A stretch of DNA of 64,000 nt, taken from a virus. Positions within the stretch are counted from its first letter, which is position 1, and each line of letters begins with the position of its first letter. The stretch lies in IMG/VR virus record IMGVR_UViG_3300037140_000126, positions 32,001 to 96,000 of that record, one strand, 5' to 3'. Under the pieces are notes generated by a model. The model made no database searches, was not told where the DNA came from, and saw only the letters and a program-made list of their open reading frames with translations. Position numbers and translations under genes: made by a program. Shown here piece by piece: positions 1 through 9,195 of the stretch.

Positions 1-992
1 CAGTCGAGCACGAACGCTTTCTTTACAGGCTCTTCTACACGAAGGCGGTCACGAAATACGCCTTGGGGCAGCTTCGCTTCCATTTGAATCTCCGTAGCAC
101 CCTCGTCAGCTTTGATTGCTACGAGCCATTCGTCTTTCTTCGCGGACGCAAGATACAGGCCGAATCTATCGGCTATCGTGCTAAAACGCTTTGCCTGAAC
201 ACTAAAACGCTTTTCACACTTCAGGCCAGTCTTAATCAGTACGTCGATTTTCTCATGTGGAAAACCCTTCTGTGCTTTAATAGAAATAGGCTGCCAGATA
301 GTGCCACAGGAAAACTTAAGCGCGAACGTTTTCTCGTATAAGAGGATTTCCTTGATGCCTTCGGCAGCAAGATGTGGCACAAGGGATAACGGGACGGCAA
401 GCGTGTCAGGCATCTGTGCTTTGACTTTCTCACTCATGCGGATTGCCAGTAGTTGGTTCGAACCGTAAAACTCTACACCCGATCCATTGCGCCGCAAGTA
501 GACACAGTTGAGTTCCGGTACTGTTGTATCGGCGGTCGCACAACTCGACACAACTTTCATTGCTTCAAGCACACCCTCAGACAGTTCAAGCACAGTATGC
601 TTGCCCTCAAGTGACCCAGCGGCATGATATCCAACACCAGTATCGGCACAGTCGAATACCGCTTTTCTTCTCCCTTGCTGCACACGCAACTGGCCCTTGT
701 TAATCGTAAACACAAAGGGCTTCTCCGACTTCGTTACAGCCGCAACATTCAGAAACGGAAATAATAGACTACGGGCGCAGAACAACACGGGTCCGCCTAT
801 TTCGCCGACATCAAGTTTTACATGCACATCGCCACACACTTCCGCCGCCAACGCAAGGCCCAACCTATAATTTATCGAGAGGTCCAAGCGGATGAATGTG
901 GAGCTAGGAAATCCAGTCACACTTGGCACTAAATCGACAACGCGCACGATCTCCAGCAGTTTCTTGCTGTCAACAGAAAACTCTCGCATCAT
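1..992 (-). CDS. DNA sliding clamp (beta-clamp-like) protein, partial; runs off the left edge
   Basis: Not in the ORF track. Read by hand from ATG at 992/989 after a GAGGTGA RBS: MREFSVDSKKLLEIVRVVDLVPSVTGFPSSTFIRL...CATADTTVPELNCVYL...; open to position 1. Beta-rich, with a segment resembling the DnaN 'R..LnGVyl' region, and it lies in the replication block. Confidence 0.5.
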   Translation of the reverse strand, partial: MMREFSVDSKKLLEIVRVVDLVPSVTGFPSSTFIRLDLSINYRLGLALAAEVCGDVHVKLDVGEIGGPVLFCARSLLFPFLNVAAVTKSEKPFVFTINKGQLRVQQGRRKAVFDCADTGVGYHAAGSLEGKHTVLELSEGVLEAMKVVSSCATADTTVPELNCVYLRRNGSGVEFYGSNQLLAIRMSEKVKAQMPDTLAVPLSLVPHLAAEGIKEILLYEKTFALKFSCGTIWQPISIKAQKGFPHEKIDVLIKTGLKCEKRFSVQAKRFSTIADRFGLYLASAKKDEWLVAIKADEGATEIQMEAKLPQGVFRDRLRVEEPVKKAFVLD

Positions 993-1001
993 TCACCTCG
1001 A

Positions 1002-2360
1002 TCACAATTCAAATAGGCCCTTAAATCCCTTTGACACCAGCTTGCGGGCAGTCTTGCAGCGGGCAAAACGCGACACGGCCATCTCACAGTAACTAGGTGC
1101 AAGATCAATACCAATAGCGTCGCGGGATAAGGCTTTGGCCACACGGCAAACTGTGCCACTTCCCACAAATGGATCAAGAACTATGCAAGGTACTGCATGC
1201 TGGCCTCGACATGAACAGGTCGGCCGCCAGCCGATTGTCTCAGAACCGCGTACCACTCCCGGGCCTAGCTGGTTTCCTTCAACAACATACATCGCCGCGT
1301 TTTTCGTATCTCCGACATGAGACAGTGGATTTCCAGACCGGGATGTTTTTGTCACACGCTCCCAAGGTGTGCCACATTTCGCACAGGCACCTTTCTCGCT
1401 AGTTGCAGCCAAAATGCATAATCTCGGTAATTTCTCCGGGAATCCTGCGAAGTGGGCTTCGGAATACGGCTGCGTGGGGAACGTCCAGACATTGCGGACA
1501 TTGCGAACATCTCTAGTCCTGTTGTTCATGCTCGCGCCAGTTGCTTTCTCTCTACCAAATGATTGCTTATCTTTTTCAGACGTTGGCATAAAATCTATGC
1601 CACGATAGCCAACGCTAGCCGGTTCGCACACAGAATCCGCGTCCCAAAAGTATTTGGAACTCTTCGTGAGCATGATGATGTGCTCATAGGCGTCGGTCGG
1701 GCGGTCGGTTACGCTTTCTGGCATGGGATTGGGCTTCGACCAAATTATCATCGAGCGCACATACCAGCCATCTGATTGCGCCGCGATTGCCACACGAGAA
1801 GGAATCAGGCAGAGGTCTTTGGGTTTTATCTCATCCGTTACGTTTGGACGCATTGCCGTTGAATCTTTAGCGTTATTATTTCGGAGTGAATCCTTAACCG
1901 TTGAATTTCTACCACCACTAGAGTACGAGTCACCCACATTCCAAAATAAAACTCCATCCTTCCGCAGCACACGCCGTAATTCACGCAGGATCGTGACGGT
2001 GTGCTCGATGTACATGCTAATTTTCGGCTCAAGGCCGAATGCGCCGCGCCAAGCACCACAAGTGCCACAAGTACCACAAGTGCCGGGATCAAAATGGCTC
2101 CCACGGACAGATCGTTGTTTGGCCGATCCGCCCCCACTCATTGATTTAGAATCTTCATTTTTCCAGTTATGCTCGCATCCCTTAACACCACCCCACACCA
2201 ATTCCTGCTCGCCAGCATATTTCCGCAATCCCCAATAAGGCGGCGACGTGATAATACATTGAACGCTTTCAGGTTCAAGTCCCCGCAGAACTTTTCTGCA
2301 ATCGCCGCCATAAATAGTTATGCCGTTCTTCGGGCCATAATAGGGTTTCAATTTACTCAT
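1002..2360 (-). CDS. Amino-type (N4-C/N6-A) DNA methyltransferase, beta class, with Cys-rich insertions
   Basis: Motif IV ITSPPY near the N-terminus and motif I DPFVGSGT near the C-terminus; also KPNPMPESVTDRP and HFAGFPEKL. Confidence 0.92.
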   Translation of the reverse strand: MSKLKPYYGPKNGITIYGGDCRKVLRGLEPESVQCIITSPPYWGLRKYAGEQELVWGGVKGCEHNWKNEDSKSMSGGGSAKQRSVRGSHFDPGTCGTCGTCGAWRGAFGLEPKISMYIEHTVTILRELRRVLRKDGVLFWNVGDSYSSGGRNSTVKDSLRNNNAKDSTAMRPNVTDEIKPKDLCLIPSRVAIAAQSDGWYVRSMIIWSKPNPMPESVTDRPTDAYEHIIMLTKSSKYFWDADSVCEPASVGYRGIDFMPTSEKDKQSFGREKATGASMNNRTRDVRNVRNVWTFPTQPYSEAHFAGFPEKLPRLCILAATSEKGACAKCGTPWERVTKTSRSGNPLSHVGDTKNAAMYVVEGNQLGPGVVRGSETIGWRPTCSCRGQHAVPCIVLDPFVGSGTVCRVAKALSRDAIGIDLAPSYCEMAVSRFARCKTARKLVSKGFKGLFEL

Positions 2361-2731
2361 CTGGCCAGCACCACATGCTTTTCAATCCAGCTACGGGCAC
2401 TCGTGCTGTGCGTCTGACTAAACGGTGATTCTATTTGCGTCACAGAAACTCCAAACTTCTCTGCAAGAAATATAGGACAGATTTTTCTATCCGGACACTC
2501 TTCCCGGCATTCTCGTGCTTTCTCGTTATACCCGTATTCGAGTACTCGGCCGTTCGGCCCTACAATGACAGGCTTGCCAAAGCACCAAGCACTATAAGGA
2601 GCGTCTTGGCCACGCTTGTAGCAAGAACGGCACACCCGCGTCGAAGGGAAGTAACTCAACGTCCGCACATCGGACTCCCGAAAGCGGTTCCGGCACAAAA
2701 CGCATTCGAGCACTGGACTATTGGAAGTCAC
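2357..2731 (-). CDS. Cys-rich (zinc-binding) hypothetical protein
   Basis: CxxC pairs (CVLC, CRSC, CREECP..C). Start moved to GTG 2731 to avoid a 113-nt overlap with the upstream gene. Confidence 0.6.
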   Translation of the reverse strand: MTSNSPVLECVLCRNRFRESDVRTLSYFPSTRVCRSCYKRGQDAPYSAWCFGKPVIVGPNGRVLEYGYNEKARECREECPDRKICPIFLAEKFGVSVTQIESPFSQTHSTSARSWIEKHVVLAR

Positions 2732-2735
2732 ATAA

Positions 2736-3314
2736 TCATGATACAGGATCGCAATACTTCTTGCGTATCGGCTCGAAGCTTCTCCGCCAAGTTTCCCGTC
2801 GCAATAGGTATGCAAAGTCGTCACGCTCAAAACGATACTTCGTGGCAATCTTTAGCAACTCTTTTCGGGCAACGCGAAATCGTGGGCCAGTGGAAACAAT
2901 AGCATCTCTCGTAAAAATCCATTGATGCAGACACTTCAAAAGATGGGGGGACGCTTCGGCAAGAATATGGTGCAAACTCGACACGGCGTGCAAGGCCTTT
3001 TCAGTTTCGTCGTTCTCAATCAGCTTGTGCTCGACATCCGCAATAGGAACAATCTCGGCAGTGCGCTTCTGATAAAACTTGTCATGCACGATGCTGTAAT
3101 AGAAATGGTCAAGTGCTGCGTATAGGTAGGTCGTAAACTTTCCACCGGATGGTTTGTAGCGCGGGAACACATGAAAGCGAGTGAACAAAACACCCTCTTG
3201 AATCAGGTCGTCTACGTCGAGCCAAACTTTGTACTGTGAGGGAAGTTTACACCATGTCTGGAACGCTTTCTGCGCAATCATCGGCAGGTAGCTTTCAAGT
3301 TCAGGGCATTGCAT
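2736..3314 (-). CDS. Phage RNA polymerase sigma-like factor (region 2 recognisable)
   Basis: LDVDDLIQEG...RYKPSGGKFTTYLY matches sigma70 region 2.2-2.3; no canonical region 4 HTH is evident. Confidence 0.72.
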   Translation of the reverse strand: MQCPELESYLPMIAQKAFQTWCKLPSQYKVWLDVDDLIQEGVLFTRFHVFPRYKPSGGKFTTYLYAALDHFYYSIVHDKFYQKRTAEIVPIADVEHKLIENDETEKALHAVSSLHHILAEASPHLLKCLHQWIFTRDAIVSTGPRFRVARKELLKIATKYRFERDDFAYLLRRETWRRSFEPIRKKYCDPVS

Positions 3315-3443
3315 GTATTTCCTCCACGATCTGAATTTAACAGCGTCAAAATACGCAGCATCTTGAAACAGTGTTTATGCAAATTGCAAGCACTTCTTTC
3401 GGAGGAAATTCACAGCTGTTAAAATCCTGTGCAAATCCAGTTC

Positions 3444-4415
3444 TTATGGTAACCTCCACAACTCTTGACGCATCCCAATCAGTTCGTTCAACTCGTACTC
3501 AGCGAGCCATTCCGTAAAAGTGGCAAACGATTCGTCAGTCAATTTCCTTTTTTCTCGCAGAAAGGATTCACGGGTCAAGTCTGCCGCAACCCAACTAAGA
3601 TTTTTCCGCACATCTTCAGGAAGCCGCACATCGTCCACCGAGCATACGATCTGCGACAACGAATAATTGCGGCGGACCTTTCCCCACATATTGCCGAGGG
3701 TCTGAAAGTTCTGCTTGACGATCCACTGGTGCTTTTTGAAGTCCTCAAATGACGGATCAAGTCCAGCCTGAATCATTTTGATTGCCGTCTTCGGCCCTAG
3801 CCCTGTGGCAATCTTCGGTATGTTGTCGGTCGGATCGCCAGTCAGTGCTTTTACTTTGACCCATTCTTGCGGGCGAATGCCTATTTCTTCTCCTACTTCG
3901 TCTTCGAACATGACATGCTCGGGTGCATCCTTATCGTAACCGCGCAGAACGCCCACCTTATCCGTAACAAGCTGGTAGAAGTCTTTGTCCGTCGAATAGA
4001 TCACAACATTCTCAAATAGCTTTTTCTTGATTGCAACTTCCGCGAGAATGCCGATCAAATCGTCCGCTTCGAGGCAGTCACATTCAAACTCCCGAAAACC
4101 TGCTTCGCATAATGCTTTTCGCAGAATAGGAATCTGTGGAAATGCAGGGGCCATGTCTTCATTCGGGGGACCCTGACGGTGGCCCTTGTACGTGCCATTC
4201 GTAATTGCGTGCCGCCATGTTTCACCACGGCCGTCCCAGACGAACACGAACGCACTTTGCGGCATATGCTTTGCTAGAGCAGCAATCATTTTCAGAGCAC
4301 CATACAACACGCTCGTACATCGCCCTCGGCTGGACAAATGCCGGTGCACCCAATGTGCCCTGTAAATTAAATTCCTCGCATCAGTTAAAACTAGGGTATC
4401 AACTTTGTCAGTCAT
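3444..4415 (-). CDS. 5'-3' exonuclease / flap endonuclease (PolA N-terminal family)
   Basis: DARNLIYRA, VFVWDG, YKGHR, EADDLIG, STDKDFYQL, GDPTDNIP, GLGPKTA. Confidence 0.95.
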   Translation of the reverse strand: MTDKVDTLVLTDARNLIYRAHWVHRHLSSRGRCTSVLYGALKMIAALAKHMPQSAFVFVWDGRGETWRHAITNGTYKGHRQGPPNEDMAPAFPQIPILRKALCEAGFREFECDCLEADDLIGILAEVAIKKKLFENVVIYSTDKDFYQLVTDKVGVLRGYDKDAPEHVMFEDEVGEEIGIRPQEWVKVKALTGDPTDNIPKIATGLGPKTAIKMIQAGLDPSFEDFKKHQWIVKQNFQTLGNMWGKVRRNYSLSQIVCSVDDVRLPEDVRKNLSWVAADLTRESFLREKRKLTDESFATFTEWLAEYELNELIGMRQELWRLP

Positions 4416-5343
4416 TCAAAGACACTCCCACACGCAGTCGTAACTCTAAACTCTCAGTCAACGGAGCCCTTTGTATCCACAAATCCTCACGCATCGCAGG
4501 AGTCATGTCAGCGGCGTCTTTCACAATCCTAGAGGGAGGCACAACCCATACGTTGTGATGCAGCGCAAGCTGCTTGCCGACAGAAAAGAATCCCAGCAAT
4601 CCAACCAAGTCCGCGTCGGGCCACAAAATTATACTCTCGTAGGGGTCAAGACGGTGCTCTTGCTCCTCCGTCATGCTGTGCCCTAACAGTGCGAGCACAT
4701 CGTAGTTCTCCGGCAAGCTACGTTCTAGTGCGAGACAATCAAACACACCCTCGCACAATACAGCTTTCTTGTTCCTGTTCTTCGGCAGATTGTAAATTGC
4801 TTTCATTCCAACCGAGTTGAGGTACTTCGGCTCCTGCTTGCCCGTGCAATCCCGAGCCACAAGCCCTTTCAGCGTCTTACCATAGTAAACAGGAAAAATA
4901 ATCCGGTAGGCATAGCGCCCGACAAACGACACGCCAATTTTCTTTTCTTTAATCTGCCCATACGAAACGCCTCGGTTTAGCAAATAACTGCGGGCGCGGA
5001 GAAACAGTGTGTCACTGTGAGGGTCTGTAAGGAACATAAAATCGTCGGGGAGGGAAGGTGGCCCTGACACCCTCCGCTCCTCGACACTTGGTGTGTTCGC
5101 GTCCTTCCCAGACAGAACACCCAAATCCAATACTTCTGCAAGGTCAGTGAGTGCATCGTTGCTGCCGGTATCGCAGTTGAAGCAGTGGTATTTATTTTTT
5201 CTGGTATTGAAGCCAAAACGAAAGCGTGTCTCAAAACAGAACGGGCAGCAAATAGCATATTCATCTGGGTCCGAAAGGTTGCGCCGATAGCGTACGCCTC
5301 GGCTGTCCAGCAAGTGCAACAATTCTTGGAAGCCTTCAATCAT
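4408..5343 (-). CDS. DNA primase (zinc-binding domain + Toprim)
   Basis: CPFC...HCFNC zinc finger; IIFPVY, PKYLN, VLCEGVFD and DAD Toprim motifs. Confidence 0.9.
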   Translation of the reverse strand: MIEGFQELLHLLDSRGVRYRRNLSDPDEYAICCPFCFETRFRFGFNTRKNKYHCFNCDTGSNDALTDLAEVLDLGVLSGKDANTPSVEERRVSGPPSLPDDFMFLTDPHSDTLFLRARSYLLNRGVSYGQIKEKKIGVSFVGRYAYRIIFPVYYGKTLKGLVARDCTGKQEPKYLNSVGMKAIYNLPKNRNKKAVLCEGVFDCLALERSLPENYDVLALLGHSMTEEQEHRLDPYESIILWPDADLVGLLGFFSVGKQLALHHNVWVVPPSRIVKDAADMTPAMREDLWIQRAPLTESLELRLRVGVSLND

Positions 5344-5506
5344 CTTTCCGTGACTCCGCGATTATAGGTAACAGTTCTTTCCGTACAGCTTGAATACAGT
5401 CCTCGCAGACTTCACCCTCTTCCCACGGAGAGTTTTGGGCGGCGCTTAGCCAATGGTGAAGCCACTGCGCCATCTTCAGTATTGTCGCTTCATCAGGCGT
5501 TTTCAT
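5336..5506 (-). CDS. Small hypothetical protein (56 aa)
   Basis: Hand-read MKTPDEATILKMAQWL...; it fills the gap exactly and overlaps both neighbouring genes by a few nt. Confidence 0.55.
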   Translation of the reverse strand: MKTPDEATILKMAQWLHHWLSAAQNSPWEEGEVCEDCIQAVRKELLPIIAESRKDD

Positions 5507-5766
5507 CGAACGATGTTTGCCCTCGTGAGCACAGAGTTAATCAAACCAGTTTCGATTTCCAAAGCCTCTAGCCCGGCGCGAATCAGTGCAACGAATTCAT
5601 GGGGCTTCAATACAGGAACGTGATGCCTCACGTCTAGTGAAATATGCCGAATCTGGTAACCGTAATCATGCGAGTGCTTGTCATTCTCATAGATCAGGTC
5701 GATCTTTTCTCTCGGTGTGTTCCGCAGCGTTGCTACGATCTTTTCCAATTCAAACCTCCTTCGCAC
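5503..5766 (-). CDS. Hypothetical protein
   Basis: 87 aa, tightly packed in the operon. Confidence 0.6.
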   Translation of the reverse strand: MRRRFELEKIVATLRNTPREKIDLIYENDKHSHDYGYQIRHISLDVRHHVPVLKPHEFVALIRAGLEALEIETGLINSVLTRANIVR

Positions 5767-6001
5767 CCACGAAGATACGAAGATTGCAAAACCTACAGTA
5801 GGTACAACGACCGCTATGGATCAGCTTGTCACCATCCATACAGCCATCATTCTGATCGAATCCGTGCTTGTTGTTTTCTAATGAATGGCCACAGTCAGGA
5901 CACATCTGAAGATTAATACCGGCCGGGTCCAATACCAAATCCAAGTCTTCCACGATATGCTGTGGAATCTTGGGATCAACAGGTTTCTCGCTCATATTCA
6001 A
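5750..6001 (-). CDS. Cys-rich hypothetical protein
   Basis: CPDC...C...CTYCRFC; 4-nt overlap with the helicase stop. Confidence 0.6.
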   Translation of the reverse strand: MNMSEKPVDPKIPQHIVEDLDLVLDPAGINLQMCPDCGHSLENNKHGFDQNDGCMDGDKLIHSGRCTYCRFCNLRIFVGAKEV

Positions 6002-7362
6002 ACCTCCTCACCTAACTCTTCCTGCCGTGCCGCCGCTTCACTGTCCAGCTCGCGCATTGTCGCTTCACGGTCGTAAAAAATACCACTACCAAAATCACCC
6101 ATGATATTGCAACCAACATGCATCTTGTCGAATTTGTGGGCAGCAACGTACAAGTAGCGGGAGTTCTCGCCCCAATCGCCTTTTCCGATACCGATAGCAA
6201 GTGTCGCTTTACGAATCTTTGAAATATCCTCCGCAGTCGCGGCAGCTGTAATGACTTTCATGTTCTCCGTCTTGCGTCCAGTCTGCGCGGCCGTCCATAC
6301 AATGACTTGCTTCTGTGCAGCGAAGGTCCTCAGTGACCTATAAATATCCGCAAACTCGAACCGGCGCTCTTCTTGCTTCCGTGGCGGCTTGATTTCATCA
6401 TCGTAGTCGATCACAACTACGTCGGCGGTGAATCCACGGTTGCGCTCACGCTCCCAGATTTCTTCGATCCGTAAAACAGAAATTCCGCCTTCTGTCCCGT
6501 CGATAATTTTCAACCTGCTTCGCACAAGCCGCAAGAACCGCTCGAAACGCAACCGTATTTTATCGGACTGCTCGATAAGTGACTTAATCGGCAAGCTTGT
6601 AATTGCACTGTCAAAACGGTTTTCTACTTCGTCGATTGGGTCCTCTAGCGTGAAATGCAGTACATTCAGGCCCTGCAAAATATAGGCAAGCGACGTGTGA
6701 TTCAGGGCAATCGACTTACCACGCTTCAGATACGCAAGCCACAAACCAACATGCCCACGGCCTACAATCCGGATCAGCTCATCCAGCGGGTCAATCATCA
6801 AGTAGGGAAACCTACGCCCACGCGCCATTCGTCGCCGCAGGATACGATCTTCCAAACCCTCGAAATAATCATGCGCTTCATAGCCTAGTCTTCCAAAGTT
6901 CACAATTGCCGCATAGCACTGTTCAAGCCAGCGCTCGTCTGTGAGCTTACCTTGCTCGTGCAATTCAACAAGCGTCTGAATCGACTGTGCTTTCATGCGT
7001 TCTTTCTTGTAGTCGATTACTTTCTCTGCGAGTGCATCTACGGCAACTAAGCGGTGATTCCGCTGTACGTTCTCGACGACTTCCAGCAAACGCTCTTTCT
7101 GATGTGTGCCCGCATTCGTCTTGCGGCAGTAGTCCAGCATCTCGGTGCGCAACATACCACCAACTGGCTCGTGATAGCGCCGCCAGTATTCAAGCGCCTT
7201 GGACGCAATGATCCAGTTCTCCAAGGGCTCGCCCTGTTTGCGTGGTTTAAAATCATCCGCCTCAAGCAAGTGTGCACACTCTCTGAGAAAGTTTCGATCC
7301 CTACACAGAAACGCAACCAGCTTTTCCTGAAACGCGTCGTCCCGCCAGTATGACGAACTCAT
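5998..7362 (-). CDS. Replicative DNA helicase, SF4 (DnaB/T4 gp41-like)
   Basis: Walker A variant AYLKRGKS, HFTLED, VVVIDYDD, VIVWTAAQ, EDISK; adjacent to the primase. Confidence 0.88.
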   Translation of the reverse strand: MSSSYWRDDAFQEKLVAFLCRDRNFLRECAHLLEADDFKPRKQGEPLENWIIASKALEYWRRYHEPVGGMLRTEMLDYCRKTNAGTHQKERLLEVVENVQRNHRLVAVDALAEKVIDYKKERMKAQSIQTLVELHEQGKLTDERWLEQCYAAIVNFGRLGYEAHDYFEGLEDRILRRRMARGRRFPYLMIDPLDELIRIVGRGHVGLWLAYLKRGKSIALNHTSLAYILQGLNVLHFTLEDPIDEVENRFDSAITSLPIKSLIEQSDKIRLRFERFLRLVRSRLKIIDGTEGGISVLRIEEIWERERNRGFTADVVVIDYDDEIKPPRKQEERRFEFADIYRSLRTFAAQKQVIVWTAAQTGRKTENMKVITAAATAEDISKIRKATLAIGIGKGDWGENSRYLYVAAHKFDKMHVGCNIMGDFGSGIFYDREATMRELDSEAAARQEELGEEV

Positions 7363-7643
7363 CCAGATAACCGACTAGTTTCTTTTGCTGAACGCTTCTC
7401 GGCCCGAAACTCTTTTGTCTTCTCCTCACAAAATTGCGCTATGTCCCTCAAACAGTCTTGTTCGTAAATAGTAGACGGTTCGGCAAAGAAGCAATACTTT
7501 CTCCACCGCCCGTACCAACGCACTTCTCCCAATGGATTTCCGGCATCTGCTACTGGCCGGACCTCCCACTGCAAGGTCTTTCTTGGCGGCAGAACAGAAT
7601 TTACCCGTAGCACAAACTCAATCCAAATCCATTTTGCCATCAC
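7359..7643 (-). CDS. Hypothetical protein
   Basis: 94 aa, LGEVRWYGRWRKYCFF; overlaps its neighbours. Confidence 0.65.
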   Translation of the reverse strand: MMAKWIWIEFVLRVNSVLPPRKTLQWEVRPVADAGNPLGEVRWYGRWRKYCFFAEPSTIYEQDCLRDIAQFCEEKTKEFRAEKRSAKETSRLSG

Positions 7644-8071
7644 TGCACCTTACGACCTTCCGCGACACGTTCTAAATCTTCCTGGCCCGCAACGAGTGTT
7701 TCCAGCAGTAATGCAATTTGCGCGAACGTCAAATCGGTTGGGTAAGCAATCGCTGTCGGCTGCTCATACAGTTGCTTTTTATTATTCGCAAGCCATTGCT
7801 CGCATGCGGTCCGCAGCATCTTGCCTGTATCATAGGCAGCACTCTGAGGTCCCACAAATGGTGAATTTGGAGACATAACCTCCATACGAGTATCACGCTC
7901 AGCAAGTATATTAAACATATACTTTGCCAAGTAACCATGGTACAGCAGCAACGTCAGCACAAACACACGGCCGCCGAGCGTCAACAAGACGGCTCCGTTT
8001 GGCAACTGTTCAATCAGCGGCCCATGCTTGCAGAGAAAAACATATGCTTTGCTGTCACCTACGATTGGCAC
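7640..8071 (-). CDS. Hypothetical protein
   Basis: 143 aa, operon packing. Confidence 0.6.
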   Translation of the reverse strand: MPIVGDSKAYVFLCKHGPLIEQLPNGAVLLTLGGRVFVLTLLLYHGYLAKYMFNILAERDTRMEVMSPNSPFVGPQSAAYDTGKMLRTACEQWLANNKKQLYEQPTAIAYPTDLTFAQIALLLETLVAGQEDLERVAEGRKVQ

Positions 8072-8273
8072 GTTTTGTTTTTACCTCATGATCGGTAAAT
8101 GCGGCATCGAATACTTCAATCTTCACATCGGACGGAAACGGCGCTTCATATTTCAATATGCCAACAATGTCATTCTTTTTTAGGAAGCCTTTTTCCCCGC
8201 TACCGTCGTCTATGATGGACACCAGCATTGACCACCGACGCTCCTTTTTCACAGCCATGGATTTCCTCGCCAT
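8055..8273 (-). CDS. Hypothetical protein
   Basis: 72 aa with a GGAGG RBS. Confidence 0.55.
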   Translation of the reverse strand: MARKSMAVKKERRWSMLVSIIDDGSGEKGFLKKNDIVGILKYEAPFPSDVKIEVFDAAFTDHEVKTKRANRR

Positions 8274-8809
8274 TTGCGCCTCCTGCGCGACTCGCTCGCT
8301 TCTGCATTCGAAAGCTTCGTTTGTCTGCGTTCGATCCTTGACGCATACATGATACAGGATTCGTCTGGAGTCTTTTCATTGATGAGACTTCTTGCACGTC
8401 CCCGCAGCCCATCGAGCCCAAGCAAATGCAATCGTGCACGCTGCCTAAATTCAGAAACATTCTGGCCGTCCGGAAAGTCCCGCAAGATTGCCTGTTCGAG
8501 AATAACTTCTGATTTCGGCGATGTAAGCGAAGCGACTGTCACGCCGAGCAAACCTTTTTTCTTTTTCTTTCGCATGAACGGGCGGGAGCGCCAGAAGGCA
8601 AGCACTGTGCGGATCGTGTAGTCAAGCGTAACGTGGTGACGCTCGGCCCAAACTTGCAGAATGTCCAGCCGAATCCTATCGGTCGGTTTCAAGCGCAGCA
8701 CAAAGTCTGTTTTTATTTCTTCCCGCAGAACGCGCACAACAACCTTATAGACCTGCCGAGAAGTCTTGCGCATCTCCCGTAACTCTTGCTTTGCAAAAAG
8801 ATCATCCAT
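8249..8809 (-). CDS. Basic hypothetical protein next to the candidate origin (possible initiator or helicase loader)
   Basis: 186 aa, Arg/Lys-rich, GAGGTG RBS; the function is inferred from position only. Confidence 0.55.
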   Translation of the reverse strand: MDDLFAKQELREMRKTSRQVYKVVVRVLREEIKTDFVLRLKPTDRIRLDILQVWAERHHVTLDYTIRTVLAFWRSRPFMRKKKKKGLLGVTVASLTSPKSEVILEQAILRDFPDGQNVSEFRQRARLHLLGLDGLRGRARSLINEKTPDESCIMYASRIERRQTKLSNAEASESRRRRKWRGNPWL

Positions 8810-8834
8810 CTCTCACACCTCACCTTTTCGAATT

Positions 8835-9025
8835 CGCTATATCTAACACCCTTATTAAGTAATCCATATTCCCCTACGCCTTTACGCTAACCGCTATATC
8901 TTACCCCCTTACACTATAGGCCTTTGACCTTAAGGGGTATAGGTCTTTGGCGTTAGCCGCATTACGTTACATCCCTTATGCCGGTAGGCATAAGGGATAA
9001 GTAATGCAGTACAACTACCCCTTAC
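8835..9025. repeat. Non-coding cluster of direct and inverted repeats; candidate replication origin
   Basis: Perfect 12-bp inverted repeat ATCCCTTATGCC-ggta-GGCATAAGGGAT (8971-8998), six CCCTTA/TAAGGG copies, CGCTATATCT twice, TATAGGYCTTTG twice. Confidence 0.6.
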
Positions 9026-9195
9026 TATATTAAATACTAGTAGCGCTATAGTGCTATACGAAACTTGCTAGGTACTTTGATAGTCGTATCAAATCCCCGT
9101 ATTAAAACGCACATTCCGACTAAGAAATGAGAACATTTAATACCGATCTATACGGATTAGCGTATTAAATGAGCTGCTCAATTTATGTGCAATTT

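Noticed and set aside
6700-6745. Atypical Walker A (AYLKRGKS) read as helicase inactivation
   Set aside because: An AxxxxGKS form is normal in T4 gp41-type SF4 helicases, and the catalytic Lys-Ser is intact.
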